DNA of 64,000 bases from an uncultured Candidatus Saccharibacteria bacterium (lineage in GTDB: Bacteria > Patescibacteriota > Minisyncoccia > UBA6257 > XYB1-36-10). Made by a program: the position numbers and the translations under genes. Positions 51,949 through 61,300 of the stretch are shown piece by piece. The notes beneath the pieces were generated by a model. The model was not told where the DNA came from, did no database searches, and saw nothing but the letters and a program-made list of their open reading frames with translations. The stretch covers positions 911 through 64,910 of the forward strand of contig CAYIDJ010000002.1 in the NCBI GenBank assembly GCA_964362215.1, given 5' to 3'. How positions within the stretch are numbered: position 1 is the stretch's first letter; the number at the start of each line of letters is the position of its first letter.

Positions 51949-52677
51949 ATGAATACGGAAATTCTTTTAGTGGTGACAATGGCCACAAAACAGCAGATAG
52001 GTCTTATCTGGATGGGGATAATTGCGGCGGCTGGTCTGGCTTTTTTTTCTGGGTGGGCGCTCCATGAAGTTATGAATTCTGCCACTGAAGGTGGTGGAAA
52101 GAGTAAAAAGGAAGATGAAAACTTGCCAATGGGAATTGGCAAGGGGGCTAATCCTAAAAGAGTAAAACCTGGAGAAAAAGCAGGGTTTGCTCCTCCGGCG
52201 TCTATAAATCCGGGCGATAAAATAATGCAGATTGGCCCTGGGGGAAAAGGGGAGGCGCTAGTAAAAGTAATCAAGAGAGATAAAGTTTCAGTTAAGAAGT
52301 GCATTAAAATTTTTCTGAAGGGAGTTACTTATTTTGAAACGTCTCCTTCCACTTATTTTATGGTTTATATAAAGGGAGAAGGGGATGCTTGGCGGAAAGG
52401 AAGTGAATTGGAAGTTGGAATGATGTTGGGTGGAAAGGAGATTGAGAAAATAGAAGTAATAGAAAAAGAAACGGATGTTTATCGTTTCCAGGTTGAGGGG
52501 CAGAAAGTTATAAAGAGTCTTTTAGCGATGGTTGGCGATACAACTATAGCATTTTTTGCTCAGCCGTCGATGGAAGATATAGCGCCGCCGGTGAAGAATG
52601 GCAACGGAAAGAACGGAGGTGGGAAGAGTGATTCTAAACGGCCGGCGCCGACAGATAGACGGCGGGGTCGCAGGTAA
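51949..52677 (+). CDS. Hypothetical membrane-anchored protein
   Basis: 242 aa with one TM near the N-term, a Gly/Lys-rich linker, a beta-rich domain and a basic tail. No secure motif. Confidence 0.45.
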   Translation: MNTEILLVVTMATKQQIGLIWMGIIAAAGLAFFSGWALHEVMNSATEGGGKSKKEDENLPMGIGKGANPKRVKPGEKAGFAPPASINPGDKIMQIGPGGKGEALVKVIKRDKVSVKKCIKIFLKGVTYFETSPSTYFMVYIKGEGDAWRKGSELEVGMMLGGKEIEKIEVIEKETDVYRFQVEGQKVIKSLLAMVGDTTIAFFAQPSMEDIAPPVKNGNGKNGGGKSDSKRPAPTDRRRGRR

Positions 52678-52700
52678 AGAGGTGTTGATGATAAGAATTT

Positions 52701-52726
52701 ACGGGAGAGAAATCTCCCGTTTTTTG
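52701..52726 (+). terminator. Intrinsic terminator
   Basis: acgggagag-aa-atctcccgt, then tttttg. Confidence 0.7.
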
Positions 52727-52750
52727 TTTGCTTGTGGTAGTATTTTAGAT

Positions 52751-53476
52751 ATGCGTGGGAAAACAATATTTTTTAATTGGAAGATGAAGCCGGAAACGGC
52801 AGGGGAGGCGAGACGGATTATGAAGGCGGTTTTGGCGGCGAGTAGAAAAAGAATAACAGGTGAAATAATAGTAGCGTCGCCTTTTGTTTATATTGCCGAG
52901 ATGGCACGGATGGCTAAGGGAAGCGGAGTAAAGATTGCCGGGCAGAATTGTTTTATACAGGCGGCGGGAGCTTTTACGGGAGAAATTTCGCCGACAATGC
53001 TAAAAGATGCGGGGGCGGAATATGTGATTATCGGACACTCGGAGAGGCGGGCGATGGGAGAAGATGATGGGCTTATAAATAGGAAAGTTAAGGCGGCAAT
53101 AAGCGCGGGACTCAAAGTGATTTTAGCGGTGGGGGAGGCAAAAAAGAAGGGAGTAGCAGAAGCGGTTAGGGTTGCGGGAAAACAAGTAAGTCGGGGACTC
53201 GTGGGTGTGGTTAAAGAAGATTATAAAAAAGTGATACTGGCTTATGAGCCGGTGTGGGCAATAAGCACCAGCCGGGGAGTAAAACAGGCAGAACCGGAGT
53301 ATGTGGGAAAGGTGATGGCGTTGCTTAATAAGTGGGGCATGCCGGTACTTTATGGCGGTTCGGTGGGAGCGGAAAACATTAGTGATTTTCTTTCACTGGA
53401 CGCGGCGGACGGAGTTTTAGTGGGAGGAGCTTCGCTTAAAGTGGAGGCTTTACAAAAAATTATAAATAGTTTATAA
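52751..53476 (+). CDS. tpiA: Triosephosphate isomerase
   Basis: 'FFNWKM', 'IIGHSERR', 'LAYEPVWAI', 'VLYGGSV'. ATG at 52751 chosen. ORF-track start 52598 would cross a terminator. Confidence 0.85.
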   Translation: MRGKTIFFNWKMKPETAGEARRIMKAVLAASRKRITGEIIVASPFVYIAEMARMAKGSGVKIAGQNCFIQAAGAFTGEISPTMLKDAGAEYVIIGHSERRAMGEDDGLINRKVKAAISAGLKVILAVGEAKKKGVAEAVRVAGKQVSRGLVGVVKEDYKKVILAYEPVWAISTSRGVKQAEPEYVGKVMALLNKWGMPVLYGGSVGAENISDFLSLDAADGVLVGGASLKVEALQKIINSL

Positions 53477-53528
53477 TAAAATCTCGTTGCTTGCGGGGAG
53501 GTATTCTGCGGAGATATAATAAAAACAT

Positions 53529-54278
53529 ATGGAAAAAGAAAAATTATTCAGCACTTTAAGATGGGCGGTGTGGGTATTGGTGGCACTGGCGGTTTACGGC
53601 ATATTTTGGGGTCCGCCGGCGCAGTTGGCGCGAGCGTTGCCGCCGGCGCGAACAGTGGTGGTGGCCGGCACGGGTAAGGCGGTGGGCATTCCGGACAAGG
53701 CGACAGTGAATTTCTCGGTGGTATCCAGCGGCAGTAATCCGGCGAAAGTGCAGGAGCAGAACACAAAGATGATGAACGAAGTAATCGCGTATCTTAAAGA
53801 ACAAGAAGTGGGAGAGAAGGATATAAAGACGAGCGGATATAATTTGTTACCAAAGTATTCTTATAATCAAGAAACCGGTAAGTCGGATATTTATGGCTAT
53901 GAGCTTAACCAGACGGTGACGGTGACGATAGGGGACTTGGGGAAAGTGGGGACGATAATCGGCGGTTTGGGTCAAAGAGGCATCAATCAGATCGGAAGTT
54001 TGTATTTTGAGGTGGAAAATAAAGATGAGTTGATGGCGGCGGCGAGGGAGGAGGCGTTTACAAAGGCGAAAGAAAAAGCAAAGGAGATGGCGAGTGCGGC
54101 CGGCGTGCGGCTAGGCAGAGCCATTTCTTTCTCGGAGTCGGGAGGTGGTTCGCCGATATTTTATGAGAAAGCGATGGCTTACGGTGTAGGCGGCGGAGAC
54201 AGTGTTTCATCGCCGCAGATAGAGCCGGGAAGCCAGGAGATAAACGTGAATGTGACGGTAACTTACGAGTTGAAGTAG
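53529..54278 (+). CDS. SIMPL-domain (DUF541) protein
   Basis: N-terminal TM plus 'GIPDKATVNFSV', 'IKTSGYNLLPKY', 'GINQIGSLYFEVEN', 'AREEAFTKAKEKA'. Confidence 0.8.
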   Translation: MEKEKLFSTLRWAVWVLVALAVYGIFWGPPAQLARALPPARTVVVAGTGKAVGIPDKATVNFSVVSSGSNPAKVQEQNTKMMNEVIAYLKEQEVGEKDIKTSGYNLLPKYSYNQETGKSDIYGYELNQTVTVTIGDLGKVGTIIGGLGQRGINQIGSLYFEVENKDELMAAAREEAFTKAKEKAKEMASAAGVRLGRAISFSESGGGSPIFYEKAMAYGVGGGDSVSSPQIEPGSQEINVNVTVTYELK

Positions 54279-54279
54279 G

Positions 54280-54966
54280 ATGAAACTCCGCCCTGTTGCA
54301 CTTAAAACCGTGGACGGGCGCCGGATAGTCGGCTTGTTCGGTGCTGTGCCGGAGCCGCGCGGGTGGGTTTTATTTTTGCATATGATGCTGGCGACGAAAG
54401 AATCGTGGGGAGAACTGGCGGAGCGGATGCGTGAGGAGGGGATAGCGACATTGGCGATAGACCTGCGCGGGCATGGAGAGTCGGAGGGCGGACCGGAGGG
54501 ATATAAGCAATTTTCGGATGAAGAGCACCAGGCAAGCTGGTATGATGTGAAAGCGGCGATTGAATTTTTAAGGAGTGAAGGAGCGGAGAAGAAAAAAGTA
54601 CTTTTAGTCGGAGCGTCTATCGGAGCAAATTTGGCTTTGCGGTATTTGGCGGAAAAGGAAGAGATAAAGGCGGCGGTATTTCTGTCACCGGGATTAAACT
54701 ATTATGGAGTTAACGGAGAGGAGGCGGCGGGAAAATTACACAGCGGACAAAGGGTTCTTTTGGTAGCGGTGCGTGACGATGAGCGAAGAAGTGGGGGAAG
54801 GGCGGCGGATATGACACAGACGCTTTATGAGGAGGTGCCGATTGACGTAGATAAAAAAATTATAATTTATGAGCGAGGCGGGCATGGAACAGATATGCTA
54901 AAAACGGAGGAGTTGCCCAATTTGACGGAGGCAATCATTACTTTTACGCGGGAGAATAAAATATGA
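54280..54966 (+). CDS. Alpha/beta hydrolase
   Basis: 'LAIDLRGHGES' and the nucleophile elbow 'VGASIGA' (GxSxG). Confidence 0.7.
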   Translation: MKLRPVALKTVDGRRIVGLFGAVPEPRGWVLFLHMMLATKESWGELAERMREEGIATLAIDLRGHGESEGGPEGYKQFSDEEHQASWYDVKAAIEFLRSEGAEKKKVLLVGASIGANLALRYLAEKEEIKAAVFLSPGLNYYGVNGEEAAGKLHSGQRVLLVAVRDDERRSGGRAADMTQTLYEEVPIDVDKKIIIYERGGHGTDMLKTEELPNLTEAIITFTRENKI

Positions 54967-55448
54967 TAAAGCAGTTTGTGAAATTTGGGCTGGTAGGAGC
55001 GTTTAACACGTTGCTGGATATAATGGTTTTGAACGCGCTGATGTGGACTTTCGGCATTACGGCAGGCATCGGGTTTTCCATTTTTAAAACGATATCTTTT
55101 ACGGCGGCGGTGGGGAACAGTTATTGGCTCAATAAATATTGGACTTTTCGGGATCGGAGTCGGAGTGAGGTGGGGCAGATAAGCCAGTTTTTATTGGTTT
55201 CTGTTGTGGGGGCGATAATTAATGTGGGGGTGGCATCTCTTATCGTCAACTGGGTTCAGCCGATAGAGGCACTGATTAGAATGGGAGCGGCAATACTGGC
55301 AATGGCGGGTATAGAGATGCCGGCGGGGCAGATATGGGCAAACGCGGCCACTTTTTTGGCGATTGCGGTGTCAATGATTTGGAACTTTACCGTATACAAG
55401 TTGGTGGTGTTTAAAGAGAATGACGAAGCGCGAATGACGAATGACTAG
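54963..55448 (+). CDS. GtrA-family membrane protein
   Basis: 'FVKFGLVGAFNTLLD' and 'NKYWTFR', with 4 TM segments. Confidence 0.8.
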   Translation: MIKQFVKFGLVGAFNTLLDIMVLNALMWTFGITAGIGFSIFKTISFTAAVGNSYWLNKYWTFRDRSRSEVGQISQFLLVSVVGAIINVGVASLIVNWVQPIEALIRMGAAILAMAGIEMPAGQIWANAATFLAIAVSMIWNFTVYKLVVFKENDEARMTND

Positions 55449-55530
55449 TTAATAACCAAATTAACAAATAACCGATTAAATTAACTTAAAAAGTTAGACG
55501 GGAGAAAAATAGCTTATCCACAGTAAAATG

Positions 55531-55560
55531 TTGACAAGTGGGGGGTGGGGGGTGTATACT
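55531..55560 (+). promoter_or_regulatory. Promoter (TTGACA-18-TATACT), preceded by TTATCCACA
   Basis: ttatccaca (55514-55522), ttgaca (55531-55536), tatact (55555-55560). Confidence 0.5.
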
Positions 55561-55566
55561 GTGTGG

Positions 55567-55670
55567 TGAATGAGTGTAAATAGGCGGACTTAGGCGAAAT
55601 TCGACCCAAGTTTAACTATTAGCTCTATTGTTTGGCTAAACGGGCGCTTCGGCGCCTGTTTAGTTTTTTG
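55567..55670 (+). ncRNA. Candidate ~100-nt small RNA (promoter to intrinsic terminator)
   Basis: Bounded by the promoter above and aaacgggcgc-ttcg-gcgcctgttt + tttttt (55638-55669). No ORF and no family recognised. Confidence 0.3.
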
Positions 55671-55691
55671 CTTTCAAAAAGAGGAGGAGTT

Positions 55692-55787
55692 ATGATATTA
55701 GAGACCATATTCGGGCTTTCTAAGCGGTTGCGGACAGAGCACTCATTCAACAACAAACAATGGAGGTCACCATTCGCAGCCGCTTAG
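55692..55787 (+). CDS. Candidate 31-aa ORF (MILETIFGLSKRLRTEHSFNNKQWRSPFAAA) embedded in a 19-bp-stem hairpin
   Basis: AGAGGAGGAG SD 5 nt before the ATG. ggctttctaagcggttgcg (55714-55732) pairs with cgcagccgcttagaaagcc (55775-55793), followed by tgattttt. Confidence 0.25.
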   Translation: MILETIFGLSKRLRTEHSFNNKQWRSPFAAA

Positions 55788-55869
55788 AAAGCCTGATTTT
55801 TATTGTGGACAAGAAGGCAGTTTTGGTTTATTTTATTAAGTAATGCTGGTTTTTATCAGCAGACAGTTT

Positions 55870-55943
55870 TGCGGGATCGTCTAATGGTAGGACATCGCCC
55901 TTTGGAGGCGAGTATCTAGGTTCGAATCCTAGTCCCGCAGCCA
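55870..55943 (+). tRNA. tRNA-Gln (anticodon UUG), CCA encoded
   Basis: Acceptor tgcggga/tcccgca, anticodon loop CU-UUG-GA, T arm ctagg-ttcgaat-cctag, then 3-prime gcca. Confidence 0.9.
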
Positions 55944-56018
55944 CATTGTATGAATTGGAAAGGTTGCCTCGCGGCTTCGCCTCATGTTTAGATATAGACT
56001 AAATAAAGAAAAGTAATT

Positions 56019-56630
56019 ATGGAAGAAATGAAACCAATCGAAAACAAAGAAGTAGAGTTGTTAGTTTCTGATCTAGAAACTCTTTTTGCTCGACTTGCTA
56101 AACTGAAAGCAGAAAAAGGGACTCTATGGTTTGGTATTAGCGGAAGTTGGAGAAAAACAAACGAGCAAGTCGAGCAAGGAGTGCGCGAAGCTGTTCGCAA
56201 AATAATCAAGCGTGGAGATGGAATTGTTTCTGGCGGTGCGCTAAATGTAGATTATTTTGCGACTGACGAAGCACTAAAACTCAATCCTACCGCAGATAGA
56301 ATAAAAATATTTCTTCCTGTTGTTTTAGATTTATATGCGGCTCACTACCGAAAAAGAGCGACAGAGGGCGTTATAACTTCTGAACAAGCAGAAGCCCTCG
56401 TCGCTCAACTAGAAAGTTTGAGAGCCACAAACTCCGACGCCCTCATTGGAAATCCACAAAATACTATAGTAGACACAAAAACTTATTTTGAACGGAATAC
56501 AGATGTGGTAAGTGCTTCAGACGCTCTCGTTGGATTTCAGGTAAATGAGAGCGAGGGTGTCGGGGACACAGCCAAGAAGGCGATTGAGCAAGGCAAACCG
56601 GTTTGTTTAGAAAAGTTTATAATTGAATAG
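56019..56630 (+). CDS. SLOG-superfamily-like (DprA/YpsA/DUF2493-type Rossmannoid) protein
   Basis: Visibly AT-rich ORF. 'GISGSWR', 'IVSGGALNVDYFA' (compare GGAxGxD), 'SASDALVGFQ...GVGDTAKKAIEQGKPV' follow the SLOG strand-loop pattern. Assigned from motif memory only. Confidence 0.45.
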   Translation: MEEMKPIENKEVELLVSDLETLFARLAKLKAEKGTLWFGISGSWRKTNEQVEQGVREAVRKIIKRGDGIVSGGALNVDYFATDEALKLNPTADRIKIFLPVVLDLYAAHYRKRATEGVITSEQAEALVAQLESLRATNSDALIGNPQNTIVDTKTYFERNTDVVSASDALVGFQVNESEGVGDTAKKAIEQGKPVCLEKFIIE

Positions 56631-56819
56631 CCGCCGGATTTTTTCGCCGAAATGCCAGAAGTGAGGGCGCGGCGGAAGGGGGGTGTGGGGGGAATTCCGC
56701 CGCGCCCGAGCGTTCCGCCGGAGCGAAGCGGAGGCGGTCATTCTTCCGGATTCGTTTGGTAAAAAGTTCGGATTTTATTCAGGAGGGACAGCAAGTGTTC
56801 TGTTTACTAAAATAAATTT

Positions 56820-57239
56820 ATGGATATAAAAAATAAGTTGAGGGAACTTGGTTTGAATCCAGACAATTCTGTTGTAATCGGGTCCGGTATTTTGAATGCT
56901 TTGAATATTAGGGAAAGTGAAGATATTGATATAGTGGTGTCAATCGATAAGTACGAGAGCTTAGGCAGGGATAGCCGTTTTAAGAAAAAGGAAAATCATG
57001 GACGAGAAGTGCTCGCGGATGATATTTTTGAGATTGGAACCAGTTGGACGGTGTTAGATAAAGATTGGAAATTTGATGATTTTTTAGATTACTCGGATGT
57101 TATAGATGGGGTTAGATATAATACTTTACAGTTTTTATTGGATGTTAAGCGCCGATGGATCGCTGATGGGGATATACGTCAAAAAGATATAGATGACGTG
57201 AAATTGATGGAAAATTATTTGAGAGAAATGCAGAAATAA
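56820..57239 (+). CDS. Minimal Pol-beta-superfamily nucleotidyltransferase (139 aa)
   Basis: 'VVIGSGILNALNIRESEDIDIVV' is hG[GS]x9-13Dh[DE]h. A short helical C-terminus follows. No HEPN-like partner is adjacent. Confidence 0.6.
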   Translation: MDIKNKLRELGLNPDNSVVIGSGILNALNIRESEDIDIVVSIDKYESLGRDSRFKKKENHGREVLADDIFEIGTSWTVLDKDWKFDDFLDYSDVIDGVRYNTLQFLLDVKRRWIADGDIRQKDIDDVKLMENYLREMQK

Positions 57240-57254
57240 GATATCGTTGTAAAT

Positions 57255-57800
57255 ATGAAAAAAATAATTTTGTGGATAGTGGTTTTGGGGGTGGTGGGGA
57301 CAGGAGTTTGGGTGTTTGGAGGCAGGTGGCAGAAGAGTGAACAAGGGGGAGAGGGGAGTACGCAGGCGGATTACCAAAATATAGCGTACGAGATTGAAGG
57401 AAAGATGATTAAACTTATGGACGGCGCGGCTCAAACAGAAGCGGCACCGGGATCGGCGTCAATGATAACCACAAAGTATTTTGGGAATAAGGCGGAAGGG
57501 GATTTGAACGGGGACGGGTTGGCGGATGTTGTTTTTATAATCACGCAGGATGGCGGAGGGAGCGGCACGTTTTACTACGCGGTGGCGGCATTGAAGACAG
57601 ACGCGGGAGGGTACATAGGCACGAACGCGGTTTTACTGGGGGATAGAATTGCTCCGCAGACGACGGAGTTTCATGATGGAACAGTGGTAGTGAACTACGC
57701 GGAGCGAAATCCGGACGAGCCGATGACAGTGAGTCCGTCGGTGGGAGTGTCAAAATATTTGAAGGTTGAGGAGGGAAAATTAGTAATTAGTGAACAGTAA
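57255..57800 (+). CDS. Membrane-anchored/secreted hypothetical protein with FG-GAP/VCBS-like DxNGDGxxD motif
   Basis: N-terminal TM MKKIILWIVVLGVVGTGVWVF and 'GDLNGDGLADVVFI'. GC looks like the genome background. Confidence 0.5.
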   Translation: MKKIILWIVVLGVVGTGVWVFGGRWQKSEQGGEGSTQADYQNIAYEIEGKMIKLMDGAAQTEAAPGSASMITTKYFGNKAEGDLNGDGLADVVFIITQDGGGSGTFYYAVAALKTDAGGYIGTNAVLLGDRIAPQTTEFHDGTVVVNYAERNPDEPMTVSPSVGVSKYLKVEEGKLVISEQ

Positions 57801-58191
57801 CGAGTAAATAAGGAAAGGACAGAAAAGTCATTCTGACGTTACGCCCGAACATTGGAATGACACAAGGAAGTTTGAACTTTGGGGTGGTTTGTGGGAAAAT
57901 AGGCGATAGTAGAGATTTATAAAAGAATAAAGAAAGAGAGGATTTGGCGATGGTAGGTTTAGTTAATCCAGCAGGTCCGCCTGTTTTGGGGGTTTTTAAG
58001 GTGACGTATCCAAATCCAATAAAGGAGATACCGAGCGGGATTAAGCGGTTAGAGGGTCCTTTTGCGCCGGAGAGTTCGCCTTCACAAATTATTATCGCTG
58101 ACACAAGGCAGTTTCGGCGTTGGCCGGTGCTTCATCCGTACAAGGGGCATAATTTAGATGTCCTCGCGTGAAATAAATAAGGATAACGCCG

Positions 58192-58229
58192 CCCGCCTAA
58201 ATTTTTTCCTAAGCAAAAATTTAGGCGGG
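58192..58229 (+). terminator. Terminator-like hairpin of the CCCGCC-AT-rich family
   Basis: cccgcctaaatttttt-cctaag-caaaaatttaggcggg, then tttttgttt. Confidence 0.6.
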
Positions 58230-58351
58230 TTTTTGTTTATTTATGTATTGCCGAATTCAGGCAGTTTTTGTGATAAAATAAATTCCAATGAAAATAATGG
58301 CGAGAATATAAAAACTTTAACTCGGGCGGGGTTTGTATTATTATTTAGTTA

Positions 58352-61300
58352 ATGCCGGAAAGATTTCCCGACCGTCCGGAAAGAAATGAAGAAAACCTAA
58401 AGAAGGCGGGGTTAGAGTTGGAAAAAGAGGAAAAATCAGAAAAAGAGAAGATTTCGGAAGAAGTAATTCCGGAAGAAAAAACGCCCACGGAGATAGAAAA
58501 AGAAGTTATATTAAACAGTTTGAGTTTAGAAACTGAGCTTGAAAAAGACGCGACAAAAGAATTTAAAAAAGAAAGAAATGAAGAGTGGGAAGAGAAAAAG
58601 GATAATCTGACAATAACCGAGCTTAAAGAAACGGTAGAATTTAATGAATCACAAATAAAGAATCTATTGCATTACGGAGATTCTTTCTTTCACTTATCAG
58701 AAGAAGAGGGGGAGAAGATAGAGAAACTAAACATAAACTTGCCGGAAGAGACGGAGGAGGTTTATTTTTCCCTGAATAAAATAAAAGATTTTATGGAGAA
58801 GGCGCAGAATTATCGCCAAAAAGCTTTTAATCTGATCGGAATAACGGAAGAAGCAGAAGGTGTTTACATAAATAAGCAAGCGCAAGAAGGAGGATGGTCC
58901 TCTTTTCAGGAATTAAAAGAAGAGCATGAGCGACTCGAGGAAGAGATGATGAATTTAGACGAGAAACTAACTTATAACAAATCCTTGAAAAAGTTTATTT
59001 TTGATAAAGAATACCGACAAGAGAGGAAACAGGATAAGCAAAAATTTAAGGAAGTAAAAAAAGAGTACGAGCACAATGAAAAACTATTCCATCCATTAAG
59101 CTATTATAATTTTAGTATTAGAGAACAGATAAGAGGATTTAACCAACTTTTGGATATGTATGGACAAAATACTAAATATTTTACTGAAAAAATTGGAGAT
59201 AAATTAAGAGAAAAATTCATTCAGTATATAAAAAATAAACAAAAGGAAATGGCGCCGGCGGATGAGTTTAAAGATTATGATTTAAGTTTATGGGGACAAA
59301 ATTTTTCTAAGGTAAAAAACTGTTTAACAATTGAAAAAAGCTTAAAGGAGGTGATAACCGCGATGGAGGATAGGGAAAAATGGTATGTTTTTGATATTAA
59401 TAAATTAAAAGGAAGTATGGTTAAGAGTTCAATAAGTCAACACATTATTGAATTTTTTAAAGATGTTTCGTTTAATGACTGGGAGAAGTTTTGCGCGGAT
59501 AATGAAAACACCCTGACCGAAGAAATACGAAAGACAGTCAGCGGAGTTATAACGGATAGAATTCTGGAAACCAGAGAAAAATTTGACGATGGCCGTTTGC
59601 AGAGAGAGGCGGATAGCCTTAGTAACAGTTCTTTTGTTTTTGCTGATAAAGAAACAATGCCGATAGCCGTTATTAATTTACTTAATATTAGTGATTATTA
59701 TGATCGGGTTATGGTGGAAAATAGAGCAGCCGCTGTTTTTGAAAAGTTTAAAGAGGAGAATTTTGACGTTCCGGGAATAAAGAAAATTGTAAAAGCAAAG
59801 GAGATGGTTAATTCTGTTGGTGAATTTTTAAGAGGGGAAAGAGAAATGTATACTCGGTATTTATTAGCAGATGGTTTACTGGAGGCCGGTTCTTTTTACT
59901 TAAAATCAAACGATCCACGAATGCAGGTTTTGGGGGCTTTGTCTTTGCGTGAAATAGACAGATATGAAGGTGCCGACTCAAATAGATCCGATGAGGTTTA
60001 TAAAATGTTTAATAATGTTTATAAAGAAAAAAATCTTAATGAACGGGTAATAGGGGCCATTGGAAAAGTAGCCTTAGATGAGGTATGGTACACAAAAAAT
60101 TTTTATGCCAAGCAAATAGCTTTTAATTTAATTAAAGATTATGACCGTTTGTCTAATGTTAACCAGTGGAAAATAAAGGAGGCGGCGCCCAGGATGGTAG
60201 GATTGTTTGTTTCTAAAAATGAAGTTAGTAATATAAACGAAGAAGAAGCGGAAGTTTTAGCTAAAGTTCTTGAAATAGAACCAAAGGACCTTATAAAAAC
60301 AATTAATTTAATTAATTTGGCAATTAATACTCTTAACGTCAACCATGATTACAGCCCGTTAGAATTTAAACTTTATCATCGTTTGGCTAAAATTGAAGAT
60401 GCGGAAGATTTTTTGGTGAAATTAAATAATCTGGGTTGTCATTTTAGAATAGACAGCACGGATAAATTATTGAAAATACACGAAAACAAAGAGGAATTCA
60501 TAAGTAGAGTTAAACAATTAAAAAATTCCCTTAGTGATTCCGCCTCTTTTAATTTCATAGAGAGAGATGAAGATGTTTATAAAATAACCGATAGCAATCT
60601 TTTAGAAATTTTAGGCAGTTTTAAATCAGATAAGGGTTTGCAGAATTTTGTTCTAAACAATCTTGATAAAATCTTGGCTATTACTTCAGAAAGAAGAGAG
60701 AATTACATTAAAATTCTTGATAAAATAGAACATTCTCCCTCGCAAGAAATTCAAAAACTTAAAAACCAGATTCTTTCTGAAATTGTTTCCACTGATAATC
60801 CGGAGATATCTTATGAAAAGATAGAGCAAGTATTTTTAAAGAACAATCTGCCGGCGGTAGGGAAAATTTACCGCATTTTCGAGACGCTTTATCCGGCATA
60901 TAAAATAAAAAGTTTGATAAATTATCAATCCAGTCCGGTTTTACAGAAAGCCGGACCGACCAGACGGCGCCATATTTTTTACCAAGATTTATTAAAAACG
61001 CATATCCGTTCGGCTAACCGTTCACTTAGAGAATACGCGGAAGCTTTTTTAAGCGGCGAGGGAGTATTGGCTAAAGCGGAGCGGGACGGATTTGATAATT
61101 TAGCAGGAGAAGAAAAAGAGCGGTTAAAATATTTCTTCGGACGATTGAATACATTATTTTTAAGTTCTTCGCTGGGAGAAAACATCAAGGCGGTTGAAAG
61201 AGGTTTATCTTTAGAAGACGAATATAAAAGATTAAAGATAAGTTTGGTGGTTAAAGAAGGACAAACCGTTAAGGAGAGGGTGGAAGAAATGTTTTTGCGA

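Noticed and set aside
51949-52677. Hint/intein-like pattern (C...TSPSTYF...W..GSELEVG...DVYRFQVEG)
   Set aside because: The TxxH and terminal HN catalytic residues are missing, there is no host extein context, and similarity rests on a few spaced residues. I kept it as hypothetical.
57944-58171. 75-aa plus-strand ORF and 105-aa minus-strand ORF in the gap before the giant gene
   Set aside because: Neither has an SD or promoter context. They overlap each other and the repeat fragments, and show no motifs. They are probably non-coding. I also checked the gap by eye for tmRNA, SRP or 6S hallmarks and found none.
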